Of a stretch of 64,000 nt of DNA, positions 46,981-55,741 are shown in pieces (the first letter of the stretch is position 1; the number at the start of each line of letters is the position of its first letter). This stretch comes from an uncultured Alistipes sp. (lineage in GTDB: Bacteria > Bacillota > Clostridia > Oscillospirales > Ruminococcaceae): contig CAYPXB010000001.1 of assembly GCA_964414745.1 (NCBI GenBank), positions 140,682 to 204,681 of the forward strand, written 5' to 3'. A program made the position numbers and the translations under genes. The notes beneath the pieces were generated by a model that was not told where the DNA came from, made no database searches, and saw only the letters and a program-made list of their open reading frames with translations.

Positions 46981-47838
46981 ATGTTATGTGAGATAAGAAA
47001 AGGAAATATATCATTCGCTGCCGACACTTTCGGCGCTGAGCTTCATTCGCTGAAACTCGGAGAAAGAGAGTATCTCTGGCAATGCGGCAGTTCATGGAGA
47101 AGATACGCGCCTGTACTTTTTCCGTTCATATGTTCCCCGAAGGACAGAACGTACAGAGCTAACGGAAAAAGATACACGATGAAAGCAAATCACGGATTTG
47201 CGAGGGACAAGGAGTTCACGGTCCTTGAAAAAAATGATTCCTGTGTCAGCTATATATTGCGCCCGGACGAAGAGACTTTGGCGCAATATCCCTATAAATT
47301 TGAGTTTGTCGTGAGATATTCCGTTCTCGGTGACGGGGTGAAGGTAGAGAACATCGTTCATAACGCGGACACGATACCCATTTATTTCTACATCGGCGGA
47401 CATCCCGCTTTCAACTGTCCGCTTGACGATGAGTCTGAATTTACAGATTATTATATCGAGTACGGGGAAAATGAGCATATCGTCAGAAATATAGACGGAA
47501 AACCGGTCACACTCGTCGAAGACGGCAACATCATAAACGTGACAAGAGAACTTTTCGACTATGACGCCGTTATTATTCCCGACCCGTTATCAGATAAGGT
47601 GTCGCTGAAATCAAGAAGATCCGGGCACAGCGTGACTGTCGAGTTCCCCGATTCGCGGTGCATAGCCGTCTGGTCGCCTGAAAAAGACGATAATGCGTCA
47701 TTTGTCTGCCTCGAGCCATGGACATCGGTGCCTGTTTATTATGACGATGATGAAGAGGATATTGAGAAAAAGGCTCATGCTATAAAGCTTGATCCGGGAA
47801 AAGATCACGCATATTCATATACGATCAGGATCAGTTGA
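46981..47838 (+). CDS. Aldose 1-epimerase (galactose mutarotase-like) family protein
   Basis: The pattern FGAELHSL...YLWQ...W...APVLFPF...GFAR...GGHPAF is typical of the YihR/LacX-like mutarotase fold. GGGAGGTG lies before the ATG at 46981. Confidence 0.75.
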   Translation: MLCEIRKGNISFAADTFGAELHSLKLGEREYLWQCGSSWRRYAPVLFPFICSPKDRTYRANGKRYTMKANHGFARDKEFTVLEKNDSCVSYILRPDEETLAQYPYKFEFVVRYSVLGDGVKVENIVHNADTIPIYFYIGGHPAFNCPLDDESEFTDYYIEYGENEHIVRNIDGKPVTLVEDGNIINVTRELFDYDAVIIPDPLSDKVSLKSRRSGHSVTVEFPDSRCIAVWSPEKDDNASFVCLEPWTSVPVYYDDDEEDIEKKAHAIKLDPGKDHAYSYTIRIS

Positions 47839-47856
47839 CGAAAACGTGAAAAATAT

Positions 47857-47889
47857 CCGCCGGCAATATTGACTGCCGGCGGTTTTTTT
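47857..47889. terminator. Bidirectional intrinsic terminator between convergent genes
   Basis: Stem ccgccggca / tgccggcgg followed by a 7-T run. It overlaps the stop codon of the minus-strand DUF389 gene. Confidence 0.75.
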
Positions 47890-49252
47890 ATTTTTCGGGA
47901 GCGGTCGTGACTGCCGGTGCCGTGATATCAAGCACTACTTCGGATATACCGCTTTCTGTTTTTACAAAATTGCGTATAACGTCCGATTCGCTTTCCGTGA
48001 GAGCGGAGGAGGACGTCCCCGACAAAAGGATATATTTTCCGTCACTTCCGTACATCAGTCCGCAGGTGACATCGCTTAATTCTGTAAATATCTCAGTTGC
48101 CTTCTCCGAAAGCGCTTCACAGTCGACCTGTTCATTGAGATCTTTACTGAGCCGGCTGTTTTCTTCTTTCTGTTCTTTGAGCTGCTCCTGAAGTTCACGG
48201 ATGGTATTTTCCTGGACGGCTATCGTAACTTTGTCGCTGTCCGTATCACTCTCGATCGTTCTGTTCTGTGTCACATGGAGCGTGTAGCCGTCAAGATCGT
48301 AATCCGCCAGCTTTCCCTCAAGTTCGGAGATCTTGTCATCGGGGACCTGTGTGCCGACAAGCGAGACAGAGATCTTTCTGTCGATATTGTCAAAACTGCT
48401 CTGGACGACGGTCGCGTCGGGAAAAACGAATTCTTTTGAAAGATAGTCGTTGATGTTCTTTTCAAGAACGGATCTGTATACCGTAAACGCGGCAAACAGA
48501 GCACTGGGAATTATCGTTATTATGACGACGGCGGTTATTATGCGGCTTATGCGTTTTTCTTTCTTTACGTCAAGTTCCATCCGGACAGGTACACGGAGCA
48601 ATTTTGTCACAAAGAACGAGGAAAGAGCGATAAACAGCGTGTTTATCGCAAAAAGATAGAGAGCACCGAGAATGAAATCAAGCTGTCTTGTGGCAAGTCC
48701 GTAACCGACGGTACAGATAGGCGGCATGAGAGCTGTGGCGATGGCAACGCCCGGTATGACGTTGCTCGTCTTTTTCCTCGTGCAGCCTATACTTCCGGCG
48801 ATACCTCCGAACAGAGCTATAAGAACATCCCAGAGCGTGGGACTTGTCCGGGCGATCATTTCGCTTGTCGCCGTCGTGAGCGGAGAGAGCGAAAAATATA
48901 TCGTCGATGTCACAAGACTTATGACGACCTGTGTGGCGAAACGCGACGCGGCGCACCTGAGCATATGAAGATCTCTGATAGCGAGAGAATAGCCCATGGT
49001 CAGAATGCCGCTCATAAGAGGTGATATCAGCATTGCGCCGATTATAACGGCGGTTGAGTTCACATTCAGACCGATCGACGCTATGAGGATCGCCATCATA
49101 AGTATCCACATATTTGCACCGTGAATGATCGTGTTCTCCTGCATCATCTCATGGAGTTCATCATAGCTGAGCATATTGCTCCTCATATCGAGAAGCTGGC
49201 TGAAGTAATCTTTTACCCTGTGTTTTTTTACGGTCTTTTCCTGTTCCATCAT
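47888..49252 (-). CDS. DUF389 (TIGR00341-like) membrane protein with a C-terminal coiled-coil/soluble extension
   Basis: NMWILMMAILIASIGLNVNSTAVIIGAMLISPLM is characteristic of DUF389. The C-terminal ~180 aa are hydrophilic and include ELQEQLKEQKEEN. Confidence 0.7.
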   Translation of the reverse strand: MMEQEKTVKKHRVKDYFSQLLDMRSNMLSYDELHEMMQENTIIHGANMWILMMAILIASIGLNVNSTAVIIGAMLISPLMSGILTMGYSLAIRDLHMLRCAASRFATQVVISLVTSTIYFSLSPLTTATSEMIARTSPTLWDVLIALFGGIAGSIGCTRKKTSNVIPGVAIATALMPPICTVGYGLATRQLDFILGALYLFAINTLFIALSSFFVTKLLRVPVRMELDVKKEKRISRIITAVVIITIIPSALFAAFTVYRSVLEKNINDYLSKEFVFPDATVVQSSFDNIDRKISVSLVGTQVPDDKISELEGKLADYDLDGYTLHVTQNRTIESDTDSDKVTIAVQENTIRELQEQLKEQKEENSRLSKDLNEQVDCEALSEKATEIFTELSDVTCGLMYGSDGKYILLSGTSSSALTESESDVIRNFVKTESGISEVVLDITAPAVTTAPEK

Positions 49253-49299
49253 ACACCCCTGCTTTTAATGATTTCCGATATAAGTAAAGTGACAGAATA

Positions 49300-49328
49300 A
49301 TTATACACCCTGAAACCTGTAAAGTCAA
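49300..49328 (-). promoter_or_regulatory. SigA-type promoter for the DUF389 gene
   Basis: The minus strand reads TTGACT, 17 nt, TATAAT. Confidence 0.65.
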
Positions 49329-49361
49329 GAAAGGAATCCGGCTTCCGGGCTGTGTACACGC

Positions 49362-49401
49362 AAAATAAAAAACAGGCATTTCCGAAAACCGGAAACGCCT
49401 G
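49362..49401 (-). terminator. Intrinsic terminator after the tRNA operon
   Basis: On the minus strand, hairpin caggcgtttccgg-tttt-cggaaatgcctg followed by TTTTTTATTTT. Confidence 0.8.
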
Positions 49402-49406
49402 CCTGC

Positions 49407-49484
49407 TGGGGTGGGAGATGGGATTCGAACCCATGGTCTTCGGGACCACAATCCGACGCTTTAACCAACTAAGCTACACCCACC
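49407..49484 (-). tRNA. tRNA-His (anticodon GTG) with encoded G-1 and CCA
   Basis: Manual fold: an extra 5' G pairs with discriminator C. Anticodon loop TTGTGGT, T-arm ATGGG-TTCGAAT-CCCAT. There is one T-T mismatch in the acceptor stem and an A-C at 31:39. Confidence 0.85.
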
Positions 49485-49489
49485 GTCAA

Positions 49490-49566
49490 TGGCGCGCCTT
49501 ATTGGACTCGAACCAATGGCTTACTGCTTAGAAGGCAGTTACTCTATCCAACTGAGTTAAAGGCGC
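49490..49566 (-). tRNA. tRNA-Arg (anticodon TCT), CCA encoded
   Basis: Acceptor GCGCCTT/AAGGCGC, anticodon arm ACTGC-CTTCTAA-GCAGT, T-arm ATTGG-TTCGAGT-CCAAT. Length 77 nt. Confidence 0.9.
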
Positions 49567-49569
49567 AAA

Positions 49570-49643
<74 letters not shown>

Positions 49644-49675
49644 ACAAAAAACACTATTATATTTTCACGATTAAA

Positions 49676-49704
49676 ATTCTATCACAGTTTACTTTTTATG
49701 TCAA
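49676..49704 (-). promoter_or_regulatory. SigA-type promoter for the tRNA Gly-Arg-His operon
   Basis: The minus strand reads TTGACA, 17 nt, TAGAAT. Confidence 0.65.
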
Positions 49705-49832
49705 TAGAAATCACTAAAGTTAGTTTATTTTCACAAAAATTGCTCTCAATAATCCGATTTAACAGTAAAAATGACGAATAAGACAAAGCGGCATATTTTC
49801 CGGAAAGAAAACACGCCGCTCTGCTCCGGTTA

Positions 49833-50456
49833 TCATTTCACGGTTATCGAACCATTCTGCCAGTGGCTGAAAGCATAATCCTGCACTGCCTTGTCGGACG
49901 CTATATCAAGGAACATATCGCCCTCCTGCTCAAAAAAGTCGAGAGGATAGACCGTGCCCGGCTTTGCGTCACCGGGGACAGTCAGATAAAATGTCGCTAT
50001 ATCCCCGTCTTTGCCTATATCACTTTCACCTGCGGCGGCAAAGAAGAGCGAGTAAAGATCGTTCTTTTCCATCTCCTCCGTGCGGTTGTCGGTCCACACC
50101 GCTGCCGTAACGGCGGACATCTCGCTCACGGCGTCGCCTGACTTAAACTCGGCAAATCTGTTGTCCGATGAAGACAGTCTGCATTCAAGGACGCTCGGAA
50201 ATGAAAAATGAACGCCGCACATTGCCCATTTATTATCCGCTCCGGTGACAGATACGGTCACCTCGACTGTTTCGCCGGGATCCGCATCATATTTTCCGAT
50301 AGAGAGCACCGGTGCGGCTTCGGATGAAGGTGTTTCGGCGTCTGAAACAGGATTACCGCCCGATTCACTGTCGCCCTTTCCGGAGCAACCGGCGAGCAGC
50401 ACGGCCGACAGAATGATAACAAGCGTGTCAGATATTGTCTTTTTCTTCATGATCAT
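49833..50456 (-). CDS. Lipoprotein carrying a single cohesin-like module
   Basis: Signal peptide with a perfect lipobox LLAGC, a Ser/Glu/Pro linker, then ~150 aa with cohesin-like spacing: LSIGKYDADPGETVEVTVSVTG...AMCGVHFSF...LFFAAAG...GDIATFYLTVPGDAKPGTVYPLDF...NGSITV. Confidence 0.6.
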   Translation of the reverse strand: MIMKKKTISDTLVIILSAVLLAGCSGKGDSESGGNPVSDAETPSSEAAPVLSIGKYDADPGETVEVTVSVTGADNKWAMCGVHFSFPSVLECRLSSSDNRFAEFKSGDAVSEMSAVTAAVWTDNRTEEMEKNDLYSLFFAAAGESDIGKDGDIATFYLTVPGDAKPGTVYPLDFFEQEGDMFLDIASDKAVQDYAFSHWQNGSITVK

Positions 50457-52773
50457 CTTTTCTTCTTCCTTCGACAGTTATTTCTTTTCCTTCCTCATCG
50501 GCCGATACAGAGATAATTCCGGTGTCAGATGAACTGTTTATGATGATCTCCGCGATCTTATCCTCGACATCCTGCCTTATGACACGCCTTATATCCCTTG
50601 CGCCATAGGGCTTTCCGTATGATTTTTCGGCGATAAGATCAAGCGCCTTCTGGTCATATTCTATCGAAATATTCTTTTCCGCGAGAGGTTCTTTCATCTC
50701 ATCGAGCATAAGAGCCGCGATAGAAGCGAAATTCTCTTTCGTAAGCTGTCTGAAGACGACGATCTCGTCAATACGGCTGATGAACTCCGGCCGCAGAAAC
50801 TCTCTCAGACCTTTTAAAGCCTTGTCGCGGGAGATCTCATTTTCCGTCCTGTTAAAGCCTACGCCGGTAGATTTGTCGGTCGAGCCCGCGTTTGACGTCA
50901 TGCATAGTATCGTGTTTTCAAAATTTATCGTCCGTCCGTGCGCGTCATCTATTTTTCCCTCGTCGAGTATCTGCATAAGTATATTCATAACATCCGGGTG
51001 TGCTTTTTCGATTTCGTCAAACAAAATTACGGAATAAGGACGACGGCGGACTTTTTCGGTGAGCTGTCCCGCTTCGTCATATCCCACATATCCCGGAGGT
51101 GAGCCTATCATACGCGCGACAGAATGTTTTTCCATATATTCCGTCATATCAAGCCGGATAAGAGGCTCCGTCGAATCAAAAAGCTCTTCGGAGAGTGCCT
51201 TGACAAGTTCTGTCTTTCCGACACCGGTCGGACCCACGAAAATAAATGATGCCGGTCTGCGTCTTTTGTTCAGATGGACCCTTGTGCGCTTTATCGCTTT
51301 TGTCAGGACTTCGATCGCTTCATCCTGACCGAGCACCCGCTTTTTCAGCTGCCCTTCAAGCCTTGATATCTTCAGAAATTCTGTCTCAGCGATCTTGCTC
51401 GCGGGAATGCCTGTCCAGAGTTCGACGACTTTTGTTATATCATTTTCCGTGACTTCGACATTTTCCGCCTTTTCTTTTATTTTCTGCATTTTTTCGCGTG
51501 CGTGTATGAGATTGCCCTTTACCTCGGCAAGCGCCTCATAATCGGGATCGCTCTGCTCTGATATCGCGTTTTCTTTTTCTTCAAGCGCTGAAATTTCTTT
51601 TTTCAGTTTTTCATATTCGGCAATTTCGGGCGAACGTATGCAGGCAAGGGCGCAGCTTTCATCAAGCAGATCTATCGCTTTATCGGGAAGAAATCTGTCT
51701 GTTATGTAACGTTCCGACAGCACCGCGCATACTCTTATGAGATAATCCGAGATCTTTACCTTGTGGTAATCTTCATAGTATTTTTTTATACCGAGCAGAA
51801 CATTAACGGTATCCTCAACTGTCGGCTCCGTTACAGTCACGGGCTGAAAACGTCTTTCAAGAGCGGAGTCTTTTTCAATATATTTTCTGTATTCACCGAA
51901 CGTCGTGGCGCCTATCACCTGAACTTCCCCGCGTGAAAGAGCAGGTTTTAGGATATTCGCCGCGTTCATCGATCCTTCGGCATCGCCTGTTCCGATAAGA
52001 TTATGTACCTCATCGATGAAAAGAATTATATTTCCCTCGCGTTTTACCTCGTCGACAAGTCCTTTCATGCGGCTCTCAAACTGTCCGCGGAACTGCGTTC
52101 CCGCGACAAGAGCAGTGAGATCGAGCAGAAAAAGTCTTTTATCCGCCAGGTTAAAAGGCACATTTCCCTCAGATATGCGCTGTGCTATACCCTCGGCGAT
52201 AGCTGTTTTTCCGACGCCCGGTTCTCCTATAAGACAGGGATTATTCTTTGTCCTTCGGGACAGTATCTGTATCACACGCGCGATCTCGGTATCTCTCCCG
52301 ATTATCCTGTCCTGCTTTCCGTCGGCGGCTCTCTGTGTAAGATCCGTGCAGTAGCTGCTCAGGAATTTGAGCTCCTTTTGCTTTTTTTCTTTTCTTCCGC
52401 CGGCAGGATTCCGTCTGTCGGGTCTTCCGCCGGCGCTTCTGTCATAGCCGTTTTGCTCTTCGTTCGGAGGATTATCCGGAGACTCACTGTTTTCCGGCTT
52501 TTTGCCGTTCATCATATTTGTCAGAAAATTCGGCATAAGACCCGACCCGCCCATCTCAAAGCTTTCTCCGTCGATCATATCCATCATCTGGTCGGATATC
52601 TGATCGATCTCCTCGTCGGAAATGCCGAGATTTTCTATATATTCAGTGACCTGCGGGATCCTGAGATCCCTCGCGCACGAAAGGCAGAAACCTTCGTTCT
52701 TCTTATCATTTCCCTGCACAGAAGTTATAAAAACAACCGCAGGACGTTTTTTGCATCTGCTGCACATCATCAT
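50428..52773 (-). CDS. clpE: Clp/Hsp100 ATPase of the ClpE type (N-terminal zinc ribbon, two AAA+ modules)
   Basis: CSRC, 22 residues, CLSC gives CX2CX22CX2C. Two Walker A motifs (GEPGVGKT and GPTGVGKT), a middle coiled coil, and no Clp_N repeats. Confidence 0.8.
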   Translation of the reverse strand: MMMCSRCKKRPAVVFITSVQGNDKKNEGFCLSCARDLRIPQVTEYIENLGISDEEIDQISDQMMDMIDGESFEMGGSGLMPNFLTNMMNGKKPENSESPDNPPNEEQNGYDRSAGGRPDRRNPAGGRKEKKQKELKFLSSYCTDLTQRAADGKQDRIIGRDTEIARVIQILSRRTKNNPCLIGEPGVGKTAIAEGIAQRISEGNVPFNLADKRLFLLDLTALVAGTQFRGQFESRMKGLVDEVKREGNIILFIDEVHNLIGTGDAEGSMNAANILKPALSRGEVQVIGATTFGEYRKYIEKDSALERRFQPVTVTEPTVEDTVNVLLGIKKYYEDYHKVKISDYLIRVCAVLSERYITDRFLPDKAIDLLDESCALACIRSPEIAEYEKLKKEISALEEKENAISEQSDPDYEALAEVKGNLIHAREKMQKIKEKAENVEVTENDITKVVELWTGIPASKIAETEFLKISRLEGQLKKRVLGQDEAIEVLTKAIKRTRVHLNKRRRPASFIFVGPTGVGKTELVKALSEELFDSTEPLIRLDMTEYMEKHSVARMIGSPPGYVGYDEAGQLTEKVRRRPYSVILFDEIEKAHPDVMNILMQILDEGKIDDAHGRTINFENTILCMTSNAGSTDKSTGVGFNRTENEISRDKALKGLREFLRPEFISRIDEIVVFRQLTKENFASIAALMLDEMKEPLAEKNISIEYDQKALDLIAEKSYGKPYGARDIRRVIRQDVEDKIAEIIINSSSDTGIISVSADEEGKEITVEGRRKDDHEEKDNI

Positions 52774-52859
52774 CGGGATAAATACCTCCAGTACTGTTTT
52801 ACTGCCGGCCGGTCAGCTGACCGGTTGAAAGCGTAATTGAATGCGTCACTTAAAAGCCG

Positions 52860-53768
52860 TCATAGACCTGAGATCAGTCTGTATATATGTCTGAAGACGA
52901 AAGTCTTTTCTATCGTATCGGTATTGAAAAGCATCATCTCATTGCCGCTGAACATAATGACCGCTTTGACGACCACCGAAAGGATCACGATTATGGCGGC
53001 ACTTGATAATATTCCCATTGCTCCGCCGAGTATGCGGTCGGTGATCTCCCCCATATTTCCGCTGCCGGATTTTCTTATTATGCTGAATATGAGCAGCAGC
53101 AGAACTGCCGTCAGAATTATGAAGGACAATACTTTTATGGCATCCTTATAGGCGTCGGCGGCAAAATTATCCTCGATATATTTCGCTGAATCAGTATATG
53201 TTGCCGCCTCCGGTTCCATGCTGTCCGTTTCGATCAGATAAACGGCGCGTTTTACTTTATCGGGGTCTGATATACATTTATCATAAGCGGAACTTCCGAT
53301 GTAATCAGAATGTGTATCTGTGAGGAAATCACGCATCATTATGGCAAAGCCTTCGTTTATCTTCTTGTCGAAACTTTCTTTGTCATCGACCACACGGCCG
53401 TTTACGTTGTTCAGATAGTTGTACAGTTCGTCATATATATCACCATCACCGGTGAATATTTCCGACAGATTCTTGTTATCCACGGTAACGTTGTACCCCA
53501 GCGTGTTTATATACGATGTTGTCTCGAATTTCAGGTCAAAATGCGAAAGATCTTCTCTTATGTTATTCATATCTCCCTGTCTTATCGCGGTGTTATATAC
53601 TCCCGATGAGATCACACCGCACAGAGAAAAACTGACAATAAGGCTTATTACATAGCCCACGACGGAGAGCATGGATTTCATAAACCCGCTCCGAGCCGAT
53701 AAAAACACGGTAACAAGAGTTATTGCGACTATCATCGCGTCATAGAACCACCAGAATTGTGTTCCCAT
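52860..53768 (-). CDS. CvpA-family membrane protein with a large central soluble insertion
   Basis: The N-terminus (DAMIVAITLVTVFLSARSGFMKSMLSVVGYVISLIVSF) resembles CvpA. There are two TM pairs flanking a ~170-aa hydrophilic segment. Confidence 0.5.
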   Translation of the reverse strand: MGTQFWWFYDAMIVAITLVTVFLSARSGFMKSMLSVVGYVISLIVSFSLCGVISSGVYNTAIRQGDMNNIREDLSHFDLKFETTSYINTLGYNVTVDNKNLSEIFTGDGDIYDELYNYLNNVNGRVVDDKESFDKKINEGFAIMMRDFLTDTHSDYIGSSAYDKCISDPDKVKRAVYLIETDSMEPEAATYTDSAKYIEDNFAADAYKDAIKVLSFIILTAVLLLLIFSIIRKSGSGNMGEITDRILGGAMGILSSAAIIVILSVVVKAVIMFSGNEMMLFNTDTIEKTFVFRHIYRLISGL

Positions 53769-53824
53769 TATATTCGCCGGAATTTTACCGGCTTACCTCC
53801 CTTCGCTGGCAACATAACATTATG

Positions 53825-54988
53825 TCAGCTGTTGTAATCTATCCTGTCTATGTGATCATAGCTCATAAGGAAAATATTGTCATCACTTCTTCGGAACTGC
53901 TCGTAAGAGTCCGGTATTTTCGCGGTGGAACGCATCCCGCCGTCAAAATCATACGAGAAAAGGCTTGATGCCGTCATCACATACGCGAGTCCGTCATATA
54001 TTTCGACATATTTGAGCGGTTCGTCAAATTCCACAGAAACAGGTTCCGCTCCGCCGCCGAACAATTCAAGAGAATAGCTCCTGCGATCGTCGTCGTTTAT
54101 TATCACAGCGGCGTCGCCGTTTTCACTTGCCCCTCCGGCAAAATCTCCTTCATATTCGTAAAAAGAAACTATCTGACCGCTGTCATCGACATACGCATAG
54201 GCGGAGATCCCTATCACGACTGCGCCGTTTTCGTATCCTCCCGATTCAATGCAAAGAGTGTCGATTTGGGGCGAAGTCCAGTTTTCCATGTCGGAATCGA
54301 AGGAGATGCTTTGGACACTTGTCGAAAGCTCGCCGTTATCGGCTCCGAGGTAGCTTATCACACAGCCCGAACTACTGTTGTCAAATGAAATATCACATAT
54401 CCTGTCGACACAGCTTCTTGAATAAATAAGCTTTCCGGAATCGTTATAAACCGTCAGTTCGCAGGCGTAATTGTCGGATGTCGTAACAACAGCACAGTAT
54501 CCGTCATCGCTTACTCTCGCGAACATTATCGCGTTCTCAAGCTGTTTCGAGTACATCACTTCGTCGGAATCCTCAACGGTAAATTCATCGCCGCCGCTCT
54601 CAAAGACAAGCACATATTTGTCCGCGTTCCTCAGAACGGGGTTCATGTACGGATGCTGGCGCTTTTCGATCTGCCCTCCGTTCAGATCATAGTAGTAAAG
54701 ATATGTGTCACACAGGAGAAAAAGCGTATCATCACCGTAGCCGAGCTGATATTCCGAGCCTCCCGATATCTGTATAGGAAAGTTGCCCTGCGCCAGAGTG
54801 GCGTCATTAGTGATCGTTTTATACTGTCTTCCGAGATTTTTAAGTTTCGGAAGCCAGAGATCTTTGGTGTAAAAGATCCCGAATACAACAAGGGCGACAG
54901 CCAGAAATGCCAAAAACTTTAAGCGCCGTTTTTTCCGCTTTTCTCTTTTTTTAAGTTCAACTATGTCTTCGGCATCATATGTCGGCAT
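53825..54988 (-). CDS. Single-pass membrane protein with a predicted beta-propeller-like ectodomain (DUF5711-like)
   Basis: Lys/Arg-rich N-terminus, one TM, then recurring 'hydrophobic strand + Y-D/N-x-x-G' units about every 50-70 aa. The ATG directly abuts the truA TGA, and GGGAGG lies 9 nt upstream. Confidence 0.5.
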   Translation of the reverse strand: MPTYDAEDIVELKKREKRKKRRLKFLAFLAVALVVFGIFYTKDLWLPKLKNLGRQYKTITNDATLAQGNFPIQISGGSEYQLGYGDDTLFLLCDTYLYYYDLNGGQIEKRQHPYMNPVLRNADKYVLVFESGGDEFTVEDSDEVMYSKQLENAIMFARVSDDGYCAVVTTSDNYACELTVYNDSGKLIYSRSCVDRICDISFDNSSSGCVISYLGADNGELSTSVQSISFDSDMENWTSPQIDTLCIESGGYENGAVVIGISAYAYVDDSGQIVSFYEYEGDFAGGASENGDAAVIINDDDRRSYSLELFGGGAEPVSVEFDEPLKYVEIYDGLAYVMTASSLFSYDFDGGMRSTAKIPDSYEQFRRSDDNIFLMSYDHIDRIDYNS

Positions 54989-55741
54989 TCATATCGCCTC
55001 CCGGCTTTCGTAGAAGATCCTGTTAAGATAAAGTCCGTGCGCCATCGCAGTCCTTCCTGCGCAAAGTCTGTCACGCGATGATATAATGCGGGGAATATCG
55101 TCGGGGTCTATGCGCCCTTCGTTTATATCAAGCAAAGTCCCGACCATGATCCTAACCATATTATACAGAAAACCGTCGCCTTTTACAAGTATTTTGACAG
55201 TATCCCCGTATTTTTCTATATCAAATGAATAAATCGTCCTTATTTTTGTTGATACATTTGTATGATCCGAACAAAAAGAGGAAAAATCATGCGTGCCGAT
55301 AAAACAGGATGAGGCCTTTTTCGCCTTTTCTGTATCAAACATTCTCCGGTAGTGAAGCATAAGATCCGTTGTGAAAGGGTCTTTTGATTCGCTGCAGTGC
55401 ATAAGATACATATATTCTTTTCCGACGCAGTCAAATCTCGCGTTGAAATCTTCTGGAGCGTCCTCACATGACAGAACGGATATATCCTCGGGAAGTTCCC
55501 CGTTCACGCCTCTTATGAAATTCCGGCAGGCAATCGTACTTGACGTCTTCACATTCAGGCAGAATCTTTTTGCGTGAACGCCTGTATCGGTCCTTGAGCA
55601 ACCCGTTACGGAAACTGTTTCATTGAGTACCTTCGAAAAACTTTTTTCTATTACCTCCTGAACGGTCAGAGCATTGTCCTGGCGCTGAAAACCGTGGTAT
55701 CTTGTTCCCCTGTATGATATGAAGATCTTAAGATTTCTCAT
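54989..55741 (-). CDS. truA: tRNA pseudouridine(38-40) synthase TruA
   Basis: MRNLKIFISYRGTRYHGFQRQ...GCSRTDTGVHA contains the catalytic Asp motif. The start at 55741 is chosen. The 57-aa ORF-track extension is an alternate frame of the yfhO Lys-rich tail. Confidence 0.92.
   Translation of the reverse strand: MRNLKIFISYRGTRYHGFQRQDNALTVQEVIEKSFSKVLNETVSVTGCSRTDTGVHAKRFCLNVKTSSTIACRNFIRGVNGELPEDISVLSCEDAPEDFNARFDCVGKEYMYLMHCSESKDPFTTDLMLHYRRMFDTEKAKKASSCFIGTHDFSSFCSDHTNVSTKIRTIYSFDIEKYGDTVKILVKGDGFLYNMVRIMVGTLLDINEGRIDPDDIPRIISSRDRLCAGRTAMAHGLYLNRIFYESREAI

Noticed and set aside
52774-52859. CtsR operator upstream of clpE
   Set aside because: CtsR sites are direct GGTCAAA heptad repeats. Only an inverted GGTCAG/CTGACC palindrome is present.
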